From NCBI GenBank assembly GCA_038882975.1, contig JAVZNE010000012.1:1-30772 (forward strand): a stretch of 30,772 nt of DNA. The letters are read 5' to 3'. Shown piece after piece: positions 1 to 6,942 of the stretch. How positions within the stretch are numbered: position 1 is the first letter of the stretch; every line of letters begins with the position of its first letter. The position numbers and the translations under genes are program-made. Below the pieces are notes generated by a model. The model did not search any database. It had not been told where the DNA came from and worked only from the letters and a program-made list of their open reading frames with translations. Source of the stretch: Candidatus Bathyarchaeia archaeon (GTDB lineage: Archaea > Thermoproteota > Bathyarchaeia > Bathyarchaeales > Bathycorpusculaceae).

Positions 1-141
1 CGCGGAATGAATCCAAAACTGGGCGAGTATGGCATAAACGCGAGTCCGGCCGTAGTCATTGACAAGGACATACGAATAATTGGCGTTTGCCCAAGCGAGG
101 AAACCTTCAAAGAAGCATTAAGAGAGGCGGGCGTTCAATAG
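1..141 (+). CDS. Thioredoxin-fold (MTH895/Thioredoxin_3-like) small redox protein, 3' part only
   Basis: Frame 1 reads RGMNPKLGEYGINASPAVVIDKDIRIIGVCPSEETFKEALREAGVQ*. The YGIxxxPAVVID...G.xPS pattern is typical of the C-terminal half of small archaeal thioredoxins. Its TAG overlaps the GTG of the next gene. The 5' end is outside the window. Confidence 0.7.
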   Translation, partial: RGMNPKLGEYGINASPAVVIDKDIRIIGVCPSEETFKEALREAGVQ

Positions 142-482
142 TGTCCGAGGGCGCTGTCAAACAGACTTGGCGTGGCATACCACGCGAGGAGATAAACTGG
201 CATCCCACCGTGGATCCTGAACTTTGCATAGGATGCGGTATATGCGTCTTAAACTGCGGGAAAAACGTTTACCAGTTCGACTACAAGAAAAATGTGGCTG
301 TTGTTGCAAATCCAATGAACTGCATGGTGGGCTGCACCACATGCCAAAACACTTGCCCACAACATGCGATAAGTTTTCCATCATTGTCCTACCTGCACAA
401 ATTGATAAAGAAGAACAAGGTGGTGCAACGTAGCAGAGAAGAGCTGATGGCAAACAGGGCAAAGTACGAAGCTAAAAAATAG
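141..482 (+). CDS. 2x[4Fe-4S] dicluster ferredoxin family protein
   Basis: Motifs CIGCGICVLNC and CMVGCTTCQNTCP. Start moved from 87 to GTG 141, which overlaps the upstream stop (TAGTG). Confidence 0.88.
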   Translation: MSEGAVKQTWRGIPREEINWHPTVDPELCIGCGICVLNCGKNVYQFDYKKNVAVVANPMNCMVGCTTCQNTCPQHAISFPSLSYLHKLIKKNKVVQRSREELMANRAKYEAKK

Positions 483-496
483 TTTGGAGATGCATT

Positions 497-1087
497 TTGG
501 AGAAAAATGCTGAGGATTTAGCCGAACTCTTCTTTGCAGACGTCATTGTCAAGAAAATTGAGATTAAGGAGATTTCGCCTTGTACGGCTGACCCTGAACG
601 AATTAAGTTTTTGGCGCAGGCTGACAAGCCATTGGAGGATGTTTTGCCAATTCTCTATTTGGCTATTCCAAACGCCAAATACTCTGAAAAGCTCGGCGCA
701 CTAAGCTACATGCACCAGCAGCATTTGATAACAATTTTTGCTAATGGTAGGATTGGAATGACGTATGTCAAAGACAGAAATGAGGCAGACCAGCTTGTTG
801 AAGAGGCTAGACGGCTGATAAACCACGCCTTCATATACCTAAAAACCCATGGAAAACCAAGCCAAGAAATGATTCAAGCCAAAAAAGAGTTAACAACAGT
901 AAAGATTTATGAGTTGCTGCCGAAAACGAACTGTAAAATGTGTGGGGAGCAAAGCTGCTTCGCTTTTGCAGTCAAACTCCTGAACGGAGAAAAAACATTG
1001 CAAGACTGCCCGCCGCTAGACTCTAAGGAATACAATGCACTCAAGTTTCAGATAGAAAAGATGCTCCACCCCGTCAAGCTGAAGTGA
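497..1087 (+). CDS. (Fe-S)-binding protein, COG4871-like, with C-terminal putative FeS domain
   Basis: C-terminal LPKTNCKMCGEQSCFAFA...CPPL motif as in the FeS domain of CdhE/RnfB-type proteins. N-terminal PCxADP motif. SD-like GGAG before the TTG. Confidence 0.8.
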   Translation: MEKNAEDLAELFFADVIVKKIEIKEISPCTADPERIKFLAQADKPLEDVLPILYLAIPNAKYSEKLGALSYMHQQHLITIFANGRIGMTYVKDRNEADQLVEEARRLINHAFIYLKTHGKPSQEMIQAKKELTTVKIYELLPKTNCKMCGEQSCFAFAVKLLNGEKTLQDCPPLDSKEYNALKFQIEKMLHPVKLK

Positions 1088-1102
1088 GGAGAGCAGCACT
1101 CT

Positions 1103-1672
1103 TCATCTTGGTTTGCATATTATTTCCCGGATTTTTCGTCTTTTCTCCTTCATGCCAAAAACGGGTTCCAGTTGGAGGAAATCTTTGCTCTTCGCGGCTT
1201 CTATAATTATAGCTGTGTCTACGCCTCCGCCCTTATCATAGCCGAGCATTCCAGTTCCACCCACCGCTATGATTTCTTCGCCGGGCTCAACATAGCCAGC
1301 TTCCGCTGCAACTAAAGCCACTTCAACGCACACTTTGAAGCCTTCGCAAAACCTGCGGAGAACATTTTGCACTTGTTCCGGAAACTCATATTGAAAGTCT
1401 GATGCGAAACAGAAGTTGTGGCCCAACTGCCTTAGCCTATCCTGCAAAGTTTTTGGAAATTCTGGAAACCTTGCTCCCTTTATGCCGACAACCGTCAGTT
1501 TTACGTCCGAACCTTCAAAGATTTCCAGAGCTTTTTCCGCTGAAAAACCTGTTATAGAGGCTAAAACAACCTTTTTAATGCCTCTTTTTTCAGCCCTTTC
1601 CCTAACCAGGTTAAGGGTGGCTTCTGTGTTATGGCGCCCGCCGGACTCAAAGTAAACAATCTTCTCCTCCAT
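1103..1672 (-). CDS. Pyruvate kinase C-terminal alpha/beta-like domain protein (COG1751, MTH1675-like)
   Basis: YFESGGRHNTEATL, VVLASITGFSA, GFKVCVEVALVAAEAG, VGGTG...GVDTA and terminal IREIICKPR motifs. Confidence 0.85.
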   Translation of the reverse strand: MEEKIVYFESGGRHNTEATLNLVRERAEKRGIKKVVLASITGFSAEKALEIFEGSDVKLTVVGIKGARFPEFPKTLQDRLRQLGHNFCFASDFQYEFPEQVQNVLRRFCEGFKVCVEVALVAAEAGYVEPGEEIIAVGGTGMLGYDKGGGVDTAIIIEAAKSKDFLQLEPVFGMKEKRRKIREIICKPR

Positions 1673-1693
1673 AAGCAAGCTTTATCACCCTTT

Positions 1694-2041
1694 CTAGATG
1701 GTCCAGTAGGAGCATACTGTTAAGTCTTCGCGTTTAAACTGTTCTTTGAGAAACTTTACAACGTCCTCCTCTTCCAAGTAGCGGTTTCCCTTGGCGTCCT
1801 TCCGCAGTGGGATGCCTGTCTCCCTGAGCCTTTCGCCCTCAGCAAAATCCAAAAACACATAGTAGGCTGGTCCAGACGGCAGTATCAGCCTCAAATTGGT
1901 CAGCTCTCTTTTCGGCGACAAACCGTTCTGCTCAATGTTATAGACTATGGTTTTGGGTTTAAAGCTTTCAACCAAACGCTTAAACTCTGTCCAACTCCTA
2001 ACTTTAACCACGCCTTTTTCGGCATTCTCCTTTGGCTCCAC
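1694..2041 (-). CDS. Conserved hypothetical protein
   Basis: 115-aa ORF with normal composition, SD GGGAGGG upstream, co-oriented and closely spaced with the next gene. Confidence 0.7.
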   Translation of the reverse strand: MEPKENAEKGVVKVRSWTEFKRLVESFKPKTIVYNIEQNGLSPKRELTNLRLILPSGPAYYVFLDFAEGERLRETGIPLRKDAKGNRYLEEEDVVKFLKEQFKREDLTVCSYWTI

Positions 2042-2121
2042 GGCTTGCCCTCCCTTGAAATGATTTTCGCTTACTATTTAAGTAGATGTTACAGTTTATT
2101 GTTTAGAGGAGGAGAAACCAA

Positions 2122-2271
2122 ATGTGTAGATGCTGTTGTTGCTGCTGGATGGAGGGGCATCATCACCATGGGCATAAGCCAATGCACCATGGAGGCATGC
2201 CGTGGCCAATAATGGACGTTGAAGAAGAAATCAAAATGCTGGAAGAATACAAGGAAGCCCTGAAACGTTGA
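2122..2271 (+). CDS. Small Cys/His/Met-rich peptide with acidic helical tail (DUF5320-like tail; putative metal-binding)
   Basis: Not in the ORF track (49 aa). Strong SD GAGGAGGAG at 2106-2114. Translation MCRCCCCCWMEGHHHHGHKPMHHGGMPWPIMDVEEEIKMLEEYKEALKR*. Followed by a T-rich tract. Confidence 0.8.
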   Translation: MCRCCCCCWMEGHHHHGHKPMHHGGMPWPIMDVEEEIKMLEEYKEALKR

Positions 2272-2275
2272 AACT

Positions 2276-2299
2276 CAATAAGCCTCCTTTTTCTATTGA
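2276..2299 (+). terminator. Possible terminator after the Cys/His peptide
   Basis: TCAATA...TATTGA inverted repeat enclosing the pyrimidine tract CCTCCTTTTTC, just after the stop. Confidence 0.35.
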
Positions 2300-2407
2300 A
2301 TCAAAAATATTGCAAAAGGTTAAGTTAGTTCTTCCAAACTTTCTAATTCTAGAGAATGGCTGCCAAACAGACTAGGGGGAACAGTCTAAAAGGAAAAATG
2401 GGCGGTG

Positions 2408-2668
2408 CTAAAGCTTCTTGTAGACTATGTCTTTTTCCCTCACACGTTGCACAACTTTTAGCCCTATGCTTTGTCCAGCTTCAGCCTTCTGTACATTTTT
2501 ATGCTCAATCTGCATGGACTCCACAACCTGTTCAAAGTCTGTTGTCGGTCCCTTGATGGCTATGCGGTCGCCTACAGCTAATGGAGCCTTAAGCTCAATT
2601 ACGGCTACACTAATCTTGGTGAAGTAGTGGGTCACGCGTCCAACCTCAACGAGGTTTTCCTCAACCAA
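2408..2668 (-). CDS. Translation elongation factor-like small beta-barrel protein (EF-Tu domain II / peptidase U32 C-terminal-like)
   Basis: VGRVTHYFTKISVAVI, LAVGDRIAIKGPTTDFEQVVESMQIEH, AEAGQSIGLKV...VREKDIVY pattern. Confidence 0.85.
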   Translation of the reverse strand: MVEENLVEVGRVTHYFTKISVAVIELKAPLAVGDRIAIKGPTTDFEQVVESMQIEHKNVQKAEAGQSIGLKVVQRVREKDIVYKKL

Positions 2669-2737
2669 ACACTTTCATCTCCAAGAAAATAGAATAGCCG
2701 CATAACCAATAAATAATTTACCCATTTTATGGCTTGG

Positions 2738-3988
2738 CTAGCCGTTCAGCCTTAAAGCCGCCCTTATGTAGGCGTGGGTTTGGTGGACCTCAATTTTCCT
2801 TCCATCATGGTATCCCGTGTTAAGCAGGTAGAATAAAATGCCGTAATCGAAAAGTTTCCGGAAAAACTGTTCTTGCCTGTCCCTATCCATTTCCAACTGG
2901 TATGGGTCATAGAAGGGTTCGGAGCCGTACTGCCCCCACTTTTCCGGCGGACCAGAACCTGGCGCTATTTGAAACTTCCCCTCTTTTAGGATTTTTATTG
3001 CCTCTTCGCATTCTATCCTCCTTATTATAGGTGAACTTTCATCCCTCGTCAACAGAAGCACATACTTCAAGACTGCCTTGTCAGCAACGCCTTCTTTTCC
3101 TTTAAAAACTTCGTGCACGTCGCCTTTCTCGTCTGCAACCAGCATGGTGAACCTTTCCCGGGGGAACATGACCCTAGAGTTTCCATAAGACCAGTAGCAC
3201 CTGTCAAAGCCCTCATCAAAAACGCACTTTTTTCCGCCCTCATAGACAAGCCGATAGCAGGGACCCATCTTTTTGACGTCGTCGCTTTTTTGTCGGCAAT
3301 CCTCCTTCCTAACGACAACGTTTTCCAGTGGTAAGCCGTCAAAAGCCTTGATGAAAGTTGGGTGTCTCTCCGCTATCTCAGTCCTCATGTAAAGCTGTTT
3401 TTCAGGCTGCTCCACAATTACCTCTCTCCTTTTTTCGTCGAAGCTTGCGAAGAGGTAATCGTCGCCAATCACCTTGCTGGTTCTAACATTGTACAAAAGC
3501 TCGTGAAATTGTGTTGTCTTCCCTGTCCCAGTTGGGGCAATTATGGCTACACAATAGGATTTACCTTCCCTTTCAAAGCCAACAGCTGCCGCGTGAAGGG
3601 GGAACTTGCCCCTTTCCTTTAGGATTAAATTAGCAAGACCTAGTGCGCCGTTGGATTTTGCAGAACCATAATATTCAGAGTTAATTATCAGCACCCTTCG
3701 CTTTTCAAGGTCGTAAAACAGGTGGGGCTCATATCCCTCAACACCGTTAATAACGTAAACTGTTCCATCCGGTTTTGAATTGCAGAGGTGCCAATTCAAC
3801 CGCCACCATCGGCTAACATGCCATGAATTGGTGCGCAATTCTATTTTTGCGCCGCAGACATCCGCCACATGGACGTAGGGCAACTGTATGTTTCGACTGA
3901 GAATTTCGTCTATTTCCCCATTATCTTTCGATTTTGGAGGTCTCCTGTCAGGGTAGGTGAAATAATTGTCTACGGTTTTGGGCTGCAT
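2738..3988 (-). CDS. PEP carboxykinase (ATP)/HPr-kinase superfamily P-loop protein, divergent
   Basis: LHAAAV, Walker A APTGTGKTT, VIGDD, LENVV, NSRVMFP, LLTRD and YLLNTG occur in the same order as PckA motifs. About 120 aa shorter than typical PckA. Confidence 0.75.
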   Translation of the reverse strand: MQPKTVDNYFTYPDRRPPKSKDNGEIDEILSRNIQLPYVHVADVCGAKIELRTNSWHVSRWWRLNWHLCNSKPDGTVYVINGVEGYEPHLFYDLEKRRVLIINSEYYGSAKSNGALGLANLILKERGKFPLHAAAVGFEREGKSYCVAIIAPTGTGKTTQFHELLYNVRTSKVIGDDYLFASFDEKRREVIVEQPEKQLYMRTEIAERHPTFIKAFDGLPLENVVVRKEDCRQKSDDVKKMGPCYRLVYEGGKKCVFDEGFDRCYWSYGNSRVMFPRERFTMLVADEKGDVHEVFKGKEGVADKAVLKYVLLLTRDESSPIIRRIECEEAIKILKEGKFQIAPGSGPPEKWGQYGSEPFYDPYQLEMDRDRQEQFFRKLFDYGILFYLLNTGYHDGRKIEVHQTHAYIRAALRLNG

Positions 3989-4018
3989 TTCGATTCCTTA
4001 ACGCATTAAACAGAGGTG

Positions 4019-4031
4019 TATATAAGTTTTC
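4019..4031 (-). promoter_or_regulatory. BRE/TATA promoter of the PEPCK-like gene
   Basis: Minus strand reads GAAAAC-TTATATA about 30 nt upstream of ATG 3988. Confidence 0.6.
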
Positions 4032-4108
4032 AGCTGAATTAACGGTGAGGAAGAGCAAAAACGATCAATTTTCTTACCGTTTTCTTGTAAAAATTACAAA
4101 AATATTTT

Positions 4109-5404
4109 TCAATCTAATAATACACCTTCAAGATGCGTCGGAAGAGCATCATAAATTTTAACATGCATAACTTTGCCCAGCAAATTCTCCTCGCTTTTCA
4201 CAACTATTGGTTTGTAGGCGAAGTTTCTACCTATCCATGAACCAGAAACCTTGCCAGCTTCATCTATGAGGATTTCGCCTTCCCAGCCAACCCATTCGCG
4301 ATTCCTTTCAAGAGCAATTTTTGAAGCTAAATTGCTAAGCGTGGCGCTTCTTCGCTTGATTTCTGGGAATGAAACAGTGTCTTGCATGGCTGCAGCTTGA
4401 GTTCTTGGTCTAGCAAAAAACTTTGATATGTTAACTATGTCGGGCTTGACATCCTCTATCAATTGCATGGTTTTTTCAAAGGCTTTTTCATCCTCGCCTG
4501 GGAAGCCGCAGATAACGTCTGTGGCTAACGTTATTTTTGGAAAGGCTGTCCTAAAAGCATTTACAACCTCCTTAAAGTCGGCGGCTATGTAAAAGCGTCG
4601 CATCTTTTCTAGGACATGGTCGTCTCCGCTTTGGACTGGCAGGTGGAGAAACTTGAAGATCTTCTCGTCTCTATAGGCTTTAATTAGGTTTTCTAGGATG
4701 TCTAGCGCCATATTTGGGGTCATCATTCCAACCCGCACTTTGAATTCTCCATCGACAGCGCATATCGCATCAATAAGTTCAGCCAGGTTTGTACCCAAAT
4801 CCCTTCCATAGCAGGCAGTGTCCTGCGAGGTGAGCCAAAACTCCCGCACACCATCAGCCAAGTCGGCTTTAACCCGCTCTACAATTTCCTCTATGCTGTA
4901 GCTTCTTAGATGTCCCCTGGCAAAGATAACGCAACAATAGGCACATGAACCCAAACAGCCATAGCCTATAGGGATTATGCCCACAACTGGGTTTATGCGA
5001 ACTCTTGGGAGGCTTAAGCTGGGTTTAGCCTTATCCGCATTCTCCAAAGCTACAACCTTCTCGCCCACCAAAACATCATTAACTATCTTGACTATTTTAT
5101 CGCCTAAGGCTGGACCAGCAACACCGTCAAAATGCACTTCGCGGCATAGCCTATCAAAGTTGATTAGGGGCAGACACCCAACAACGAGAAGCTTCTTCCC
5201 TTTAGGAACCTTTTTTAAGATATCTACCATGCGGTTTTCCGTCGGACCTTTAACAGCACAAGTGTTGTAAATGACAATGTCAGCATCTGCAACACTGTCA
5301 ACAAGTTTAAACCCAGCCTTCGCTAGGCAACCGGCCATAACTTCACCGTCAGCCAAATTTGTTGAACACCCAAAGCTTTTAAGGAATACCCGCGTGGCTT
5401 CCAT
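4109..5404 (-). CDS. Archaeal tRNA t6A37 methylthiotransferase (e-MtaB/CDKAL1-like, radical SAM)
   Basis: UPF0004 cysteines (GCSTN, NTCAVK, GCLP), radical SAM CLGSCAYC, LHLPVQSG, TDVICGFPGE and a C-terminal TRAM domain. Confidence 0.92.
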   Translation of the reverse strand: MEATRVFLKSFGCSTNLADGEVMAGCLAKAGFKLVDSVADADIVIYNTCAVKGPTENRMVDILKKVPKGKKLLVVGCLPLINFDRLCREVHFDGVAGPALGDKIVKIVNDVLVGEKVVALENADKAKPSLSLPRVRINPVVGIIPIGYGCLGSCAYCCVIFARGHLRSYSIEEIVERVKADLADGVREFWLTSQDTACYGRDLGTNLAELIDAICAVDGEFKVRVGMMTPNMALDILENLIKAYRDEKIFKFLHLPVQSGDDHVLEKMRRFYIAADFKEVVNAFRTAFPKITLATDVICGFPGEDEKAFEKTMQLIEDVKPDIVNISKFFARPRTQAAAMQDTVSFPEIKRRSATLSNLASKIALERNREWVGWEGEILIDEAGKVSGSWIGRNFAYKPIVVKSEENLLGKVMHVKIYDALPTHLEGVLLD

Positions 5405-5601
5405 GGCAATACGTAAAATGCTTTAACAAGGAATAAAAACCTAGAGGTTCGCTTGGATGCGAATTTACATGTTTCTGAAACGCGTATGGCATAAATCTTA
5501 TAAGTAATTGAACGAGCATATTTAAAACATATTTATCTCATAACATGTAAAAGTATAGCCTCAAAACTCGTTTTTTCTCGCTCATCGGAGGGGGAATTAA
5601 A

Positions 5602-5757
5602 ATGAAGTTAATCACACTCTATCTTCCCGAACCGTATATTGAGGCGCTGGACCAACTCGTGAATGAGAGGTTTTATCCAAATAGGGCTGAGGCAATCCGT
5701 GTAGCTATCCGTGACTTGATTAACAATGAGGTTTGGCGCAGGAAGAGGGTTGGTTAG
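5602..5757 (+). CDS. cdrS: Ribbon-helix-helix regulator CdrS-like (cell division regulator)
   Basis: Not in the ORF track (51 aa). MKLITLYLPEPYIEALDQLVNERFYPNRAEAIRVAIRDLINNEVWRRKRVG*, with the RHH signature ITLxLP...YPNRxEAIRxAIRDL. SD GGAGGGGG. Stop abuts the ftsZ ATG (TAGATG). Confidence 0.88.
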   Translation: MKLITLYLPEPYIEALDQLVNERFYPNRAEAIRVAIRDLINNEVWRRKRVG

Positions 5758-6876
5758 ATGCAGTCAACCAGCCAGCAGCAGACCTTCAAATATTCTTGGC
5801 AGAATGCCTTTCCAGAGGAGATTCGCCCGCCAAGCTTCTGTAGAATGCTGGTTCTCGGTGTGGGCGGGGCTGGAAACAACACTGTCACGAGGCTCATGGA
5901 GATGGGTGTTGTTGGAGCAGAATGCATAGCCATAAACACAGATGCCCTCCACCTGAACATTTCAAAGGCTCATAGGAAAATCTTGATAGGTGAAAGGCTC
6001 ACAAAGGGCTTGGGGGTTGGCGGAGACCCGCAGCTTGGGAGAGCCGCCATCGAAGAGTCGAGGAAACGGATTGAAGAGTTGTTGAATGGAGCGGACATAG
6101 TCTTTATAACGGCTGGCTTAGGCGGCGGAACAGGAACGGGTGCAGCGCCAGTTATAGCCGAAATAGCCAAGAATAAGGGCGCCCTAACCGTTGGAGTTGT
6201 AACGACGCCTTTCCGAATCGAGAAGGGACGCATAGAATATGCAGCCCAAGCCCTAACAGAGATGCGAAAACACTGCGACACAGTAGTTGTAATTGACAAC
6301 AACAAGCTAATTCACTTGGCACCCAACCTTCCAATAAATGAGGCTTTTAAAGTTGCAGACCAAGTTTTGGCAAACATGATTAAGGGCATTGTGGAAACCA
6401 TTTCGGCTCCAAGCCTAATCAACCTAGACTTTGCAGACTTCAAAACCATTGTTAAGAGGGGCGGACTAGCCGTCATAGGCGTTGGCGAATCAGACGCGCC
6501 CAACCGCGCCGAGGAAGCCGTGCGAAACGCCTTGCGAAACCCACTTTTGGATGTGGACTATGCCGGCGCAAAAGGCGCCCTAATCCATGTTTCAGGAGAT
6601 GCCCAAATGACAATTGAGGAGGCAAACCGCGTCGGAGAAATAGTAACAGAAATGATGGACAACGACGCACTAGTCATTTGGGGAGCAAGAGTCAACCCAG
6701 AAATGGAAGGAAAACTAAAAGTAACCCTAGTATTGACTGGAGTGAATTCGCTATATATCCCAAGCGGACTTGGAGCAATAGCGCCACAACTCTTCAACCT
6801 AGAGCCATATGCTGAACCCGAAAAGCCACTTAGCATAAAACTAGATTTGTATCAAATGGAACAGGACTATTCATAA
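5758..6876 (+). CDS. ftsZ: Cell division protein FtsZ (FtsZ2-type)
   Basis: GGAGNN, tubulin signature GLGGGTGTG, T7 loop INLDFAD. PLLDVDY.GA.GALIH and the cdrS linkage point to FtsZ2. Confidence 0.97.
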   Translation: MQSTSQQQTFKYSWQNAFPEEIRPPSFCRMLVLGVGGAGNNTVTRLMEMGVVGAECIAINTDALHLNISKAHRKILIGERLTKGLGVGGDPQLGRAAIEESRKRIEELLNGADIVFITAGLGGGTGTGAAPVIAEIAKNKGALTVGVVTTPFRIEKGRIEYAAQALTEMRKHCDTVVVIDNNKLIHLAPNLPINEAFKVADQVLANMIKGIVETISAPSLINLDFADFKTIVKRGGLAVIGVGESDAPNRAEEAVRNALRNPLLDVDYAGAKGALIHVSGDAQMTIEEANRVGEIVTEMMDNDALVIWGARVNPEMEGKLKVTLVLTGVNSLYIPSGLGAIAPQLFNLEPYAEPEKPLSIKLDLYQMEQDYS

Positions 6877-6942
6877 CTTCTCAACAAACACTTCATTTTA
6901 CCAGAAATAATTTTCTGTTATGAACACTACATAAGATTGTTA

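Noticed and set aside
2350-2400. AGACT-N9-AGTCT hairpin and the 2356-2556 ORF
   Set aside because: A 5-bp stem is too weak to call, and the ORF is mostly antisense to the beta-barrel gene.
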